Below are positions 1 to 16,068 of a stretch of DNA of 64,000 nucleotides, piece after piece. The notes under the pieces are model-generated. The model saw only the letters and a program-made list of their open reading frames with translations, was not told the origin of the DNA and searched no databases. How positions within the stretch are numbered: position 1 is the stretch's first letter; the number at the start of each line of letters is the position of its first letter. Made by a program: the position numbers and the translations under genes. This DNA comes from a bacterium (GTDB lineage: Bacteria; Patescibacteriota; Saccharimonadia; CAILAD01; GCA-016700035), in NCBI GenBank assembly GCA_016700035.1, contig CP064998.1, forward strand, positions 199,021 through 263,020, read 5' to 3'.

Positions 1-3062
<3,062 letters not shown>

Positions 3063-3104
3063 ATAATCTGCCTAAGGCAAGAATATTGACACCATTAAAC
3101 ACTC

Positions 3105-3132
3105 TTGCGGGCCGTCCGCTACGTGCTATGAT
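3105..3132 (+). promoter_or_regulatory. Candidate sigma70-like promoter upstream of L,D-transpeptidase gene (TTGCGG-N16-TGcTATGAT)
   Basis: Extended -10 like TGCTATGAT with a weak -35, about 70 nt upstream of the ATG at 3201. Confidence 0.25.
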
Positions 3133-3200
3133 ATATCTAGATAAGCGTGAGGGGTATGAGTAGCTACATATAGCTAACATTTTACTTCTAAAATATATCA

Positions 3201-4631
3201 ATGCCTGAGGAAAGAAAGAAACAAGCTATTAGAACAAAGCACTGGTTTTTAGTGCTTTTGCCTCTGTTTATCTTATTACTTTTAAATGCATGGGCTGCAG
3301 TTTTTGTTGAGGGTGTGATATATCCTGGCGTTAAAGTTGCGGGACAAGATGTTTCGGGGCTAACACGCCAGCAGGCGATATCTTTTTTGCAGTCCAAGCC
3401 ACTTGGCAAACAGGTTAAGCTGAATGTTGGTGGACAAGAATTTGTGGCTAGCAACGAGGAAATTGGTGCGCGCTATGATGTACCGGCTACGGTTGAGCTA
3501 GCCTATCAAAAGGGTCGTCAGTATAAGTTGCCAATTATAGGTATTATTGACTCGATGCGCACCCATCATGATATTGGTTATGCTTTTGAATTGGATTATC
3601 GTAAGCTGAGTGCTTTTACGAACCAGATAGTTGAGAAGGTTGGACAGCCAGCTAAAAATGCCTCACTAGTTATTGAAAATGGTCAAGCTACAATTCAGCC
3701 CGATATTAATGGGCTGGGCCTTGATAAGATGCGAGTAACTCAGCTTGTATCTGGTGCTTTGGCTACTGCACAAGATGGTAATTTTACTCTAGATACAGAG
3801 CCGGTTGAGGCTTCAATTAGAGCCACTGCGGTAGAGTCGACTAAATCTGAGGCGGAGGTATTGTTACAACGCTCGATTCGATTAACATATAATGATCGAG
3901 TTTTTCAGCCCAGTGCTGTTAATATTGGCTATTGGATTGTGACGCAACCAAATGATGAGGTGAACCCCAGTAAATTACAGGTGCAAATTTCGGAGGCGCA
4001 AGTTAAGGGCTATGTGCAGTCGGTGGCTAATGAAATTGATAAGGCACCTGTAAATAAAAAAGTAGTGGTTAAAAATGGTGTTTCGTCAGTTGAGCGTGAA
4101 GGTCAAGATGGAGTTGCTCTCAATCAGGATATGGTGACAAGCACTATTGTGCAAGCCATGCGTGAAAATCGAGATACTGATATTGTATTACAAACCAGTC
4201 CAGTAGCTTTTAAGACCGAAACTATTAGGACGACTAGCTTAGATGCGGCAAAATATATTGAAATTAACTTGTCGCGACAGTATATGTGGGCCTATGAGAA
4301 TGGTCAGGTGGTTCACTCAGCGCCGATTACAAGTGGTGCTACAGGCGCTGGATTAGGAACGGTGACGGGACTATTTGCAATTTATTCTAAGGGTACTAAT
4401 ACTTACTTAAACGGCGCACAGTATGGGTATAACTATAACGTATTTGTTAACTATTGGATGCCCTTCTTTAAGGGGTATGGCTTGCATGACGCCAGTTGGC
4501 GCAATGGTCGGTTTGGTGGTCAGGATTATTATTATAATGGGTCACATGGGTGCGTTAATCTGCCAGCTGGTACGGCGGCCTTTATCTATTCGTGGTCGGA
4601 TATTGGTACGCCAGTATGGGTGCATAACTAA
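3201..4631 (+). CDS. Membrane-anchored L,D-transpeptidase (YkuD domain) family protein
   Basis: Basic N-terminus plus TM helix. C-terminal YkuD catalytic motif (HDASW...GSHGCVNLP) with conserved His and Cys. Confidence 0.75.
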   Translation: MPEERKKQAIRTKHWFLVLLPLFILLLLNAWAAVFVEGVIYPGVKVAGQDVSGLTRQQAISFLQSKPLGKQVKLNVGGQEFVASNEEIGARYDVPATVELAYQKGRQYKLPIIGIIDSMRTHHDIGYAFELDYRKLSAFTNQIVEKVGQPAKNASLVIENGQATIQPDINGLGLDKMRVTQLVSGALATAQDGNFTLDTEPVEASIRATAVESTKSEAEVLLQRSIRLTYNDRVFQPSAVNIGYWIVTQPNDEVNPSKLQVQISEAQVKGYVQSVANEIDKAPVNKKVVVKNGVSSVEREGQDGVALNQDMVTSTIVQAMRENRDTDIVLQTSPVAFKTETIRTTSLDAAKYIEINLSRQYMWAYENGQVVHSAPITSGATGAGLGTVTGLFAIYSKGTNTYLNGAQYGYNYNVFVNYWMPFFKGYGLHDASWRNGRFGGQDYYYNGSHGCVNLPAGTAAFIYSWSDIGTPVWVHN

Positions 4632-4689
4632 TACCAATAGCTATTTTACAATGCAGAGGTGATAAAAAACCTCTATAATCATAAGCAAC

Positions 4690-5004
4690 ATGAAAGATAC
4701 TCCAAAAACTTCACAGCCAGCTCGAGTAATTAGTAATCCTTTTCCGGAGTCTACGTCGCACAATGTAGATTCTAATTCAGCGACAAAACAGGTACAAACT
4801 GAGGCTCTGGTAGAAAATCCAGAAACTACCACTTCCCCATCGGTTGCCGCTGATAATGATTTAATTGAAAAAACTTGGGTGGATGCGGTGAATAAAATAG
4901 CTCAAGAATATGCCGATGATCCTTTTGCATTACAACAGAAGCAAGCTGAGCTGACCCGTGATTACTTAAAAAAACGCTGGGGTCGGGAGATTAAGTCGGC
5001 ATGA
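4690..5004 (+). CDS. Hypothetical small acidic protein
   Basis: 104-aa ORF with no recognisable motif, immediately upstream of the ATPase gene. Confidence 0.35.
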   Translation: MKDTPKTSQPARVISNPFPESTSHNVDSNSATKQVQTEALVENPETTTSPSVAADNDLIEKTWVDAVNKIAQEYADDPFALQQKQAELTRDYLKKRWGREIKSA

Positions 5005-5015
5005 GGGCGAGCTAA

Positions 5016-7505
5016 ATGCAGGCCGTAACAGTTCTAGCAGTATTTATTGCCCTAGCTTTTATAGGAGTGGTGATTATTGGTGTGGCGCTATTTGTGCGTC
5101 GGTCGCAACGTACTAAGGATATTGAGCGCGGTATAAAGATGGTACCCTTACTCCTCAAGCTACCGCCGGCCGAGACGGATGAAAGCCAGCGCGATGATCG
5201 TGAGAAAATTAAGGAGAATATTTCAAAGGCCGAGGGAATCTTTACGTTATTATCTGGCTTAATTACAAAGCGCAAGCTATATTCTCAGAGACATATTGCT
5301 TTTGAGATTGTAGCTCGGGGTGAGCAGATTTATTTTTATGTTGGTGTACCGGCGGCATTAACTGGCGCGGTGGAGAAGGCTTTGGTGGCAGCTTACCCAA
5401 CTATTCAGATAGACCAGGCACTTGAGCATAATATCTTTAGTCAACAAGGTAAGATAGCTGGGGTGTCTGGTGGTGAGCTAAATTTAACCCAGAAAAATAT
5501 TTATCCCGTCCAGACTTATAAGACATTAGAGTTCGATCCAATGAGCGGTATGATAGCCTCACTTTCCAAGCTAACCCAAGATGAAGGTGCAGCCATTCAG
5601 ATTATGGTGCGCCCTGCCCCACCGAAATGGTCAAAGGGTGCGCGCGAATATGCTAAAGGGCTACTTAATCCTCAGCGTGCGAAGTCGACCGATCCGATGC
5701 ATATCGCCACTCAGATTGCGAAAGCACCCTTTTCGACTCCCGATTGGCAGGCCAAAGAACAAATGAATGATCCGACCAAACAGGCCGATACGATTGACCA
5801 GAAGCTAGCTCAGGCAATTGAAGAAAAAGCTAGTGAGCCGGCTTTTGAAACGATGATTCGGATTGTAGCCAGTTCGACCGATCAGGCTCGTAGTCAACTG
5901 GTGGTGCAGGATATAGTTAATGGCTTTGCCCAGTTTAATCAGCCGGGCAGTAATGGCTTTGTTTTTCAGCCGGCTCATACGCCCAGAGAGCTTGCCCATA
6001 GCTTTATTTTTCGGATATTTCCCAGAAATCGTAGGGCGGTTATTTTAAATTCGACAGAGCTAGCAACAATTTTCCATTTGCCAGATGCAGCGGCTGAGAT
6101 TGGTACGCCACTAGAGCGTAAGGGTCGTCGAGAGGTATCGGCACCGGCCGAGTTGCCAACTGAAGGCGTGGTGATTGGCTCAAACTTCTTTCAGGGCAAG
6201 GAAAAAGTGGTGCGACTATCGGATGAGGATCGTAAGCGCCATATGTATATTATTGGGCAAACCGGAACCGGTAAGTCGGTTACCCTGGAAGATCTCATCG
6301 TGCAAGATATGGCTCTGGGTAAGGGGCTATGTGTAATTGATCCACACGGTGAGTTAGCAGATGCGGTGCTGGCAAAAGTTCCACGTAGCCGTATTGATGA
6401 CGTGATTTATTTTAATCCGGCCGATCTGGTGGTCCCATTGGGGCTTAATATTATGGAATTTGACCCTGAGCATCCGGAGCAGAAAGACTTTATTATTCAG
6501 GAAGTTATAAATATGCTCTATAAGCTCTACGATCCAGATAAGCAGGGAATTATTGGGCCACGTTTTGAGCATTGGTTCCGGATGGCGTCACTAACTATTA
6601 TGTCCGATCCAGCTGGTGCGACGTTCTTGGAGGTGCCAAAACCATTTGTAGATGACGAATACTTGAAAGAGAAGTTTAAGTTTGTTAAAGATTCTACCGT
6701 GCAGGACTTTTGGATTAATGAGATGGGTCAGACTTCAGATTATCATAAAAGTGAGATGCTGGGTTGGTTTGTGTCAAAGTGGGGTGCCTTCCAGTCTAAC
6801 GAAGTAATGCGTAATATTATTGGCCAGTATAAGAGTGCCTTTAATTTTACTGACATTATGGATACTAATAAGATTTTGATTGTGAATCTCTCAAAAGGTC
6901 AAACTGGTACGGAAAATTCTCGACTTTTGGGTATGATTTTTGTTATCAAATTACTAGCTGCGGCATTAGCTCGTTCGGGGCGTGAAAAAAGTCAGATGCC
7001 ACAATTTACTCTCTACGTTGATGAGTTTCAAAACTTTTCAACTGATAGCTTTGCTACGATCCTATCGGAAGCTCGTAAGTATAACCTGTGCCTAGTGGTG
7101 GCCAACCAATTTATTGGCCAGTTGTCAGAGGAAATTAAAGGCGCTGTATTTGGTAATGTTGGTACACTGTTTACATTTAGGTGTGGGCCAGAAGATGCTG
7201 AGTTCTTGGAAAAGCAATTTGAGCCTAGCTTTGATCGAAATGATTTAGTGAATATCCCGAATCTTCAGGGTGCAATAAAGCTCATGGCGAATGGTTTACC
7301 GACCGTGCCGTTTACAATCCATCCAGTTTTTCCGCCAGTTGGTAAGCCTAATCCTGAACTTGCCATTCAGCTAAAAGAGCTGACACGTAAACGGTTTGGT
7401 CGACCCAAAGCTGAGGTCGAAGAAGAAGTTCGATTACAGTTGCGCACACGTGATAGTGCGGCGACAGAATCAGAAAAGAAGCCAGCCTCTGTGCAGGCGG
7501 GCTAG
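5016..7505 (+). CDS. Membrane-anchored P-loop ATPase of the HerA/FtsK superfamily (DUF87/VirB4-TraG-like)
   Basis: N-terminal TM helix. Walker A GQTGTGKS, Walker B LYVDEFQNF. HerA/DUF87-like EARKYNLCLVVANQ segment. 829 aa. Confidence 0.6.
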   Translation: MQAVTVLAVFIALAFIGVVIIGVALFVRRSQRTKDIERGIKMVPLLLKLPPAETDESQRDDREKIKENISKAEGIFTLLSGLITKRKLYSQRHIAFEIVARGEQIYFYVGVPAALTGAVEKALVAAYPTIQIDQALEHNIFSQQGKIAGVSGGELNLTQKNIYPVQTYKTLEFDPMSGMIASLSKLTQDEGAAIQIMVRPAPPKWSKGAREYAKGLLNPQRAKSTDPMHIATQIAKAPFSTPDWQAKEQMNDPTKQADTIDQKLAQAIEEKASEPAFETMIRIVASSTDQARSQLVVQDIVNGFAQFNQPGSNGFVFQPAHTPRELAHSFIFRIFPRNRRAVILNSTELATIFHLPDAAAEIGTPLERKGRREVSAPAELPTEGVVIGSNFFQGKEKVVRLSDEDRKRHMYIIGQTGTGKSVTLEDLIVQDMALGKGLCVIDPHGELADAVLAKVPRSRIDDVIYFNPADLVVPLGLNIMEFDPEHPEQKDFIIQEVINMLYKLYDPDKQGIIGPRFEHWFRMASLTIMSDPAGATFLEVPKPFVDDEYLKEKFKFVKDSTVQDFWINEMGQTSDYHKSEMLGWFVSKWGAFQSNEVMRNIIGQYKSAFNFTDIMDTNKILIVNLSKGQTGTENSRLLGMIFVIKLLAAALARSGREKSQMPQFTLYVDEFQNFSTDSFATILSEARKYNLCLVVANQFIGQLSEEIKGAVFGNVGTLFTFRCGPEDAEFLEKQFEPSFDRNDLVNIPNLQGAIKLMANGLPTVPFTIHPVFPPVGKPNPELAIQLKELTRKRFGRPKAEVEEEVRLQLRTRDSAATESEKKPASVQAG

Positions 7506-7567
7506 TTGCTAGATGTTGTCAGTCAGGATACAATCAGTACAACATAACAGTTTAGGGATAAAAATAG

Positions 7568-9133
7568 ATGTTATTTCGTGATGTCGTTTCAAATATTGCA
7601 TTAGGTCGTGAAAATAAAAATGTTCTAGGCTTCTATATCAAAAGAATTGCCGACGAACAATCAACTCGTGTTATTACAGCTGTTTTAGCTATCTTGATGG
7701 TGGCTTTTCAGTCGGTAACTTTTATAGCTCCACCGAAAGTTTCCGAAGCGAGTTCAGGTTCTTCGAACGATATTATTTATGGTGGGTATAAGTCCAAGGC
7801 GGATTTATTGCATAAGTTTGATACTAACCCAGAAGTTAGGGCTATTTTTGTTCGTGTAGGGATTGGCCGTGATGAAATTGTGCGATCTACGCCAAGCCGA
7901 GTAAATTCATCTTGGGATGTTTGGTCGATGGGACGCAAGCGTCATGGTGAGCAAAATATTTTAATGGACATTCCGGGAGCTCATTCAACTGTTTATTTAC
8001 GGCCACTGCGGGTGTGGGGCAATAATAAATGGTTTTCTGGGCTAGAGGGCAAAACGGGAGTAGGTAAGCAGTTTTGGATACTCTACGATTGTGGTAATCC
8101 AGTATTTTCAGCTAATACACCAGGCGAGAAAGTGCCAGCTCCGTCAACTCCTCCTCCTCCTCCTCCTCCACCTCCTCCACCACCACCTCCTCCACCACCA
8201 CCACCAACTCCAGAGCCAAAGGCAAGCTACTCGTGTCAGAGCTTAGCGGCATATATGGATACTGCAAATAGCAAAATGAATCCACCCTTAAAAGTTACCT
8301 TTGTAGGTACGGCGCAGGTTGAGAATACAAATATTAAGAATTATATTTTTGACTTTGGTGATGGAGAGCGGATTTCTACTGCTAAATCGCAGGTGGATCA
8401 TGTCTATAAAAAATCTGGCACTTATACTGCTCGCTTAAAAGTAGAGACTACGGCCGGAACGACCGACTATACCGTGGCCTGTTCGCAGACTATTCGAGTG
8501 GTTGATCCAAAGCTAACATATAACAAGCAGGCGGTTAACTTATCTATTAAAGATAAGAATGGGAATCCAATTCAGGCTAGTGGTACAACAGCTCAGGCCG
8601 GCAATGAAATACGCTACAGTATCTCAGCAACTAATACGGGAACTGGCGTAGTTAGTGGGTTTGTTTTTGAAGAAGCGATTGCCGATATTTTAGAGTATGC
8701 CGATATTAAAGATTTGGGTGGAGCGCGGTTGGTTGAAAAGCCAATTCCGGGCCAGGAAGATAAACTGATTGAGCGCACTTTAGTCTGGGATAAGGTAGAG
8801 ATTAAAGGTGGTGAGACAGCCACAAAGCAGTTTGTAGTGAAGGTGAAAAACCCAATTCCCGCCACTCCAATCGGCGCCAGCGATCAGAGCTCTTATGACT
8901 TGAAGATGGAAAACCTTTTCTTCAATAATCGAGTTGAAATCCTATTAGAGCAGCCGCCGGTTAAAAAAGTTGAACAAGTCACTCAAACACTACCTCAAAC
9001 AGGTGCTGGTGTGGCTACCACTACGATGGCACTCTTTACTAGTGGTATGGTATTTATACTGTTGCGTAATCGTTTGATTAAGCGTGAGCTAGAAATATTG
9101 GCAGTCTCAGAGACAGGAGGTAGAGATGTCTGA
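7568..9133 (+). CDS. LPXTG-anchored cell-surface protein with Pro22 linker, PKD-like domain and DUF11-like repeat
   Basis: Signal-like hydrophobic N-terminus. 22-residue polyproline run. PKD-like motif (FDFGDGE...HVYKKSGTYTARL). C-terminal LPQTG followed by a hydrophobic helix and basic tail RNRLIKRE. Confidence 0.7.
   Translation: MLFRDVVSNIALGRENKNVLGFYIKRIADEQSTRVITAVLAILMVAFQSVTFIAPPKVSEASSGSSNDIIYGGYKSKADLLHKFDTNPEVRAIFVRVGIGRDEIVRSTPSRVNSSWDVWSMGRKRHGEQNILMDIPGAHSTVYLRPLRVWGNNKWFSGLEGKTGVGKQFWILYDCGNPVFSANTPGEKVPAPSTPPPPPPPPPPPPPPPPPPPTPEPKASYSCQSLAAYMDTANSKMNPPLKVTFVGTAQVENTNIKNYIFDFGDGERISTAKSQVDHVYKKSGTYTARLKVETTAGTTDYTVACSQTIRVVDPKLTYNKQAVNLSIKDKNGNPIQASGTTAQAGNEIRYSISATNTGTGVVSGFVFEEAIADILEYADIKDLGGARLVEKPIPGQEDKLIERTLVWDKVEIKGGETATKQFVVKVKNPIPATPIGASDQSSYDLKMENLFFNNRVEILLEQPPVKKVEQVTQTLPQTGAGVATTTMALFTSGMVFILLRNRLIKRELEILAVSETGGRDV
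8148..8217 (+). repeat. (CCN)n simple repeat encoding Pro22
   Basis: Run of cct/cca codons seen directly in the sequence. Confidence 0.9.
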
Positions 9134-9728
9134 AAAGATTAATCAAAATCCCGAGCGTGAGTCTGGAGCAAAGCATGAAAAGCTGGACTTAAAGGTTGAT
9201 AAGTCAGCCGAATCTCATAAGCCATTAGAGCAAAAATCAGAAACAGCACACGAGCGCGAGAAGTCAGCCGAGCAAACACGCGAGAAGATTGAAAAATCAC
9301 TTGATAAAGAAGCTGATAAAGCGCGCGAGAAACAACCTAAAACAACTGAGGTGCGTGAACCGCAGGTAGTTACCAGGGGCGCTCGAGATGCGGCATATCG
9401 TTCCACCATGCAGACTGTGCGATCTCAACTTACGCCGGTGCAACGTAATTTTTCTAAATTTATTCACGCTAAACCAGTTGAGGTAACAAGTGAATTGTTG
9501 GAAGAAACAATATTTCGCCCTAGCTTTTTGTGGGGTGGCGTGATCGGTGGGATCTTGATGGGTGCGAGCTTGTATATATTCTCCTATATACAAGGCTTTA
9601 AGTTGTCGGGTTCAGAATTTATTGTAGGGTTATTGATTGGTGGAGTTTTGGGGGTTTTAGCAGAAAAGCTATTTCGGCATAAGAAAACTACCAAAGGCCC
9701 GAACGCAAAGACTACTCACAAGAAATAG
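9126..9728 (+). CDS. Lys/Glu-rich protein with two C-terminal TM helices (hypothetical)
   Basis: Charged low-complexity N-terminal half. Hydrophobic segments GGVIGGILMGASLYIF and IVGLLIGGVLGVL. 8-nt overlap with the upstream gene. Confidence 0.45.
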   Translation: MSEKINQNPERESGAKHEKLDLKVDKSAESHKPLEQKSETAHEREKSAEQTREKIEKSLDKEADKAREKQPKTTEVREPQVVTRGARDAAYRSTMQTVRSQLTPVQRNFSKFIHAKPVEVTSELLEETIFRPSFLWGGVIGGILMGASLYIFSYIQGFKLSGSEFIVGLLIGGVLGVLAEKLFRHKKTTKGPNAKTTHKK

Positions 9729-9761
9729 TGCAATATTACTGATTGCGTTCCTGAGTAGGTC

Positions 9762-9791
9762 TTGCTCATACACCTGATTTTCAGATATAAT
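9762..9791 (+). promoter_or_regulatory. Candidate promoter for gyrBA (TTGCTC-N18-TATAAT)
   Basis: Consensus -10 TATAAT at 9786-9791. RBS AGGAGG at 9815-9820 before ATG 9835. Confidence 0.35.
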
Positions 9792-9831
9792 GTAGTTAAT
9801 GAATACTGAACTATCAGGAGGGGTTAGGTAG

Positions 9832-11922
<2,091 letters not shown>

Positions 11923-11934
11923 GAGAGGAAATGT

Positions 11935-14448
11935 ATGGCAGATAATATCCCAGAAGAGACTAATTTAGAAGAACAGCCCACTGAGATTGTGAAGCCAGGC
12001 ATCGGTACAGTTAAGATGCAGGCAATTGAGTTTGAGATGGAGAAGAGTTATCTCGAATATGCTATGTCGGTGATTGTTTCGCGGGCCCTGCCAGATGTGC
12101 GTGATGGTTTAAAGCCGGTGCATCGACGTATATTGTACGCCATGCACACGATTGGTGTACGGGCTAATACTAAATATCGTAAGTCGGCAACGGTAGTAGG
12201 TGAAGTAATTGGTAAGTATCACCCGCATGGTGATTCGGCTATTTATGAGTCCATGGTGCGCATGGCTCAAGACTTTAGTTTGCGCTATCCGATGGTTGAT
12301 GGTCAGGGTAACTTTGGTTCGGTTGATGGTGACTCGGCGGCTGCCATGCGATACACCGAGGCTCGTATGACTAAAATAGCTGAAGAGATGCTGGCTGATA
12401 TCGATAAAGATACAGTCGACTTTATGCCCAACTATGACGGTTCACAGCGAGAACCCAAGGTTTTACCAGCTAAAATCCCGAATCTTCTTTTAAATGGAGT
12501 GCAGGGTATTGCTGTTGGTATGGCTACTAATATTCCAACCCACAACTTGCGTGAAATGGTTGATGCAATTGTGGCAATTATTGATAACCCAGATGTAACG
12601 ATTGATGAGTTGATGAAAATTGTTAAAGGTCCGGACTTCCCAACTGGAGCTACTATTTTTGATGACGGCGGGATTACTTCGGCCTATGGAACTGGTCGCG
12701 GTAGTATTACTATGCGTGCCGTGGCAGAGATTGTGGAGTATAAGAAGGGGCGCCAGGCAATTATTGTAACCGAAATTCCCTACCAGGTAGTGAAATCAAA
12801 TCTAATTGAGAAAATTGCTGAGCTTCATCAATCGAAAAAAGTTGTCGGCATCTCAGATTTGCGCGATGAAAGCTCGGATCGTGGTGGTATGCGGATTGTG
12901 ATTGAGCTTAAAAAAGATGCCTACCCGCAGAAGATATTAAATCAGCTCTATAAACACACGCCACTTCAGACGGCTTTCCATGTTAATATGCTAGCCTTAG
13001 TAGATGGTATTCAGCCACGCGTGTTGAATTTGGAGATGGTACTACGTTACTATCTCGATCATCGTCGAGTTGTGGTGCGTCGTCGAACTGAGTTTGACTT
13101 GCGCAAAGCTGAAGCCCGAGCCCATATCCTCGAAGGTCTTTTGAAGGCACTTGATGAAATAGATGCAGTTATCTCAACTATTCGTGAGAGCGAAACTCAA
13201 GATGAGGCACGACAGAATCTGATTAAGCGATTTGATTTAACCGAAATTCAAGCTAATGCTATTTTAGCAATGCAACTGCGCACATTGGCCGGCCTGGAGC
13301 GTAAGAAGATTCAAGATGAATATAATGAATTGCAAAATACCATTGCTAAATTAAAGGAAATTCTTTCTAGCGATGCAAATATTCTAAAAGTTATCCGAGA
13401 AGAGCTTTTGGAGGTGCGTGAAAAATATGGTGATGATCGTCGTACCCAAATTGAACGTAGGGCGGTTGGTAATTTCTCGGAAGAAGACTTGGTGCCAAAT
13501 GAGGATGTTATTATTACCGTCACTCATGGCGGCTACATTAAACGAATGCCGGCCGACACTTATAAGAGTCAAGGCCGTGGCGGTAAAGGGATTATGGGCA
13601 TGGCCACCAAAGAAGAAGATGTGGTGGAGCACGTTATTAAGACCAAAAATCATGACTGGCTACTCTTTTTCACTTCTCAAGGCCGAGCTTTTAGGGTGAA
13701 GGTTTATGAAATACCGGCCGCCAGTCGAACCGCTAAGGGTGTGTCGATTGTAAATATCTTAAATCTAGCACCAGAAGAAAAAGTGACGAGTACAGTTTCT
13801 CTTACCAAAGAAGAAAAAGAGCAGTATCTATTTATGGCTACGCGTCAGGGAACTATCAAAAAGACTAAGATTACTGATTTTGCTAATATTCGCTCCACGG
13901 GTATTATTGCGATAAAACTAGACCGCGAGGATGAGTTAATTTGGGTGAAAAAATGCTCTGATGGTGATGATATTATTTTATCAACCGCTAAGGCTCAGGC
14001 TCTACGTTTTGGCCAAGAGGCCGCTCGACCAATGGGGCGGGCAACTCGCGGTGTGCGTGGTGTACGCTTGCGTGCTGATGACCGAGTAGTTGGTGTAGAT
14101 GTAGTTGGTAAGGAAGAAGGGCTGATGTTGGTGACTTGTGCTAATGGCTATGGCAAGCTAACCAAGACTAATCAATTCACTAAGCACGCTCGTGGCGGAG
14201 TTGGTATTAAGGCCGGGGTGGTAACCGCCAAGACTGGAGAAGTGATAGATGCCCGCGTGATAGTCTCGCGCGATGATGAGTTGCTACTTATTTCTAAGCA
14301 AGGCCAGGTTATTCGATTGCGACTTAAGGATATATCGGTAATTGGTCGGGCTACGCAGGGGGTGCGGATTATGAAGCTCAAGGATGGTGATAGTGTTGCC
14401 TCTCTGGCACTGATGGATGCTTCGGGAGATCCAGAACTAACGGAATAG
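11935..14448 (+). CDS. gyrA: DNA gyrase subunit A
   Basis: Active-site region [13 protein letters not shown]-like segment ([17 protein letters not shown]). C-terminal beta-pinwheel repeats. 837 aa. Confidence 0.95.
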   Translation: MADNIPEETNLEEQPTEIVKPGIGTVKMQAIEFEMEKSYLEYAMSVIVSRALPDVRDGLKPVHRRILYAMHTIGVRANTKYRKSATVVGEVIGKYHPHGDSAIYESMVRMAQDFSLRYPMVDGQGNFGSVDGDSAAAMRYTEARMTKIAEEMLADIDKDTVDFMPNYDGSQREPKVLPAKIPNLLLNGVQGIAVGMATNIPTHNLREMVDAIVAIIDNPDVTIDELMKIVKGPDFPTGATIFDDGGITSAYGTGRGSITMRAVAEIVEYKKGRQAIIVTEIPYQVVKSNLIEKIAELHQSKKVVGISDLRDESSDRGGMRIVIELKKDAYPQKILNQLYKHTPLQTAFHVNMLALVDGIQPRVLNLEMVLRYYLDHRRVVVRRRTEFDLRKAEARAHILEGLLKALDEIDAVISTIRESETQDEARQNLIKRFDLTEIQANAILAMQLRTLAGLERKKIQDEYNELQNTIAKLKEILSSDANILKVIREELLEVREKYGDDRRTQIERRAVGNFSEEDLVPNEDVIITVTHGGYIKRMPADTYKSQGRGGKGIMGMATKEEDVVEHVIKTKNHDWLLFFTSQGRAFRVKVYEIPAASRTAKGVSIVNILNLAPEEKVTSTVSLTKEEKEQYLFMATRQGTIKKTKITDFANIRSTGIIAIKLDREDELIWVKKCSDGDDIILSTAKAQALRFGQEAARPMGRATRGVRGVRLRADDRVVGVDVVGKEEGLMLVTCANGYGKLTKTNQFTKHARGGVGIKAGVVTAKTGEVIDARVIVSRDDELLLISKQGQVIRLRLKDISVIGRATQGVRIMKLKDGDSVASLALMDASGDPELTE

Positions 14449-14500
14449 CTATCCGATTGGCCTATATTAAGGTAGGATATAACCATAAGGATATTGCAGG

Positions 14501-15088
14501 GTGATTCACAAGACGGTACATAGTTTAAAAAAGTTACCAAGACGAGTTCGTACTCGCCTGAGTCATCATTTAGTTTCGCCAACAGTATTGGTGCGCGACC
14601 TAAATATAGATGAGGGTGATGTTGTTTTGGAGCTAGGTAGCCCAGTTGGGTTTTTTGGGTCGGCTTCGGTTAAGGCGGTTGGTGAGCCGGGTAAAGTTAT
14701 TATTGCCGGTGCGAACACCGATGCGCTAGAACGAGTGGACTATCTTAAGCGGTATCGGCAATTTAAGCCAGTCCTGCTGGCGGATGTCTTGCTCGGAAGA
14801 GCCATCCCGCATCAGAGCGTGGACTGGATATTGTTAACTAATGTTCTCTCGTCATCTCTTAATCCAGATCATTTCTGCCTATCTGTAACTCAGTATGCTA
14901 AACGTGGTGCGCGGGTTGTGTTATTGGACTGGCAATTGCGTGGCGGTGTGGGCGCCGGCCCACTGGCAAACCGACGCGTCAGCCAGGAGAAGGCAATTAA
15001 TTTACTGCAAGCTTGCGGGATGGTGTTTGAGCGGACACTGGCTACTCCAGGCTATCAGTATGCGTTGGTATTTCGCATAAAATCCTAG
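14501..15088 (+). CDS. Class I SAM-dependent methyltransferase-like protein (possibly degenerate)
   Basis: Motif I-like VLELGSPVGFFG with following VIIAG and VDWILLTNVL blocks. Weak. Confidence 0.35.
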   Translation: MIHKTVHSLKKLPRRVRTRLSHHLVSPTVLVRDLNIDEGDVVLELGSPVGFFGSASVKAVGEPGKVIIAGANTDALERVDYLKRYRQFKPVLLADVLLGRAIPHQSVDWILLTNVLSSSLNPDHFCLSVTQYAKRGARVVLLDWQLRGGVGAGPLANRRVSQEKAINLLQACGMVFERTLATPGYQYALVFRIKS

Positions 15089-15161
15089 ATATAACTATCG
15101 GATTGCAAGACAAGCATGCTCTAGATGCGGTACAATATCTCCTGTAAGGAGTTTTTGACGG

Positions 15162-16037
15162 ATGATTTCGGAGTATCTTTATATACCACTTATTACTTGG
15201 CTAATTGCCCAGGTAATCAAATTTAGTATTGCCACATTGCAAGGAAAGTATCGGCCAAGCTTACTTTTCTCTTCTGGTGGTATGCCCAGCGTGCATTCAG
15301 CTACGGTGGCTTCATTAGCAACTGTAGCATTGATTGAAGGTGGAGCAAACAGCCCGCTGTTTGGTATTACTGGCGTATTTGCGGCAATTGTTATGTATGA
15401 CAGTCTTGGAGTGCGTCGAGCCGCTGGCGAGCAAGCAAAAGCCTTAAATTTATTAATTGAGGATCTTTCAAGTAGTGGAGCTGTAAAAACTCCTAAAAAA
15501 TATGGTCACTTAAAAGAGATTCTGGGCCATCGTCCGTTAGAAGTTGCTATTGGCGTAGTTTTAGGTGTGGCAACAGCATCGATACTACTTGGCAGTCGTC
15601 TGCTCGAACGGGCTAGTTGGCTACTTACTACACCAGCTAACTTAGCGCGTTGGGCACAAATCGGATTAGCGGTTTTGTTGATCCTAATTAGTGTGGTAGC
15701 TTATCTAACTGCACGGTCAAGATCATCCAGAAAATTGGCTCGCTATCGACCATTTTTAAAGCAGTTTTTAATAGCTAATTTAGTAATTGCGACTATATTT
15801 TTGGGACTGGTATTCTTACAAACTCAAGCGGTATCTATGTATAATACTTGGCTTTTTGTAGTGCTTGGTGTGTTGTTGTTATTTTTCTGGCACGCAGCGT
15901 TGTGGTATATGCTCTTGGTAGATGGAAAGCTGCGGGCTAGCATTGCCGATGTCTCGGTGCAGGCTCGTAAGCAAAAATGGATGAAATCGAAACGTAAAAG
16001 TTCACGATCAACTCGTCGAGCAAGTAAGCGCAAGTAG
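15162..16037 (+). CDS. Divergent PAP2 (DUF212/YuiD-like) family membrane protein with C-terminal TM extension
   Basis: Signature GGMPSVHSA plus multiple TM segments. Basic C-terminal tail. Confidence 0.7.
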   Translation: MISEYLYIPLITWLIAQVIKFSIATLQGKYRPSLLFSSGGMPSVHSATVASLATVALIEGGANSPLFGITGVFAAIVMYDSLGVRRAAGEQAKALNLLIEDLSSSGAVKTPKKYGHLKEILGHRPLEVAIGVVLGVATASILLGSRLLERASWLLTTPANLARWAQIGLAVLLILISVVAYLTARSRSSRKLARYRPFLKQFLIANLVIATIFLGLVFLQTQAVSMYNTWLFVVLGVLLLFFWHAALWYMLLVDGKLRASIADVSVQARKQKWMKSKRKSSRSTRRASKRK

Positions 16038-16068
16038 GTTTTTTCAGATAAAAAGGCTAGCTTTTCTA

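Noticed and set aside
14172-14582. 136-aa minus-strand ORF
   Set aside because: Antisense to the 3' end of gyrA and the start of the next gene. No RBS.
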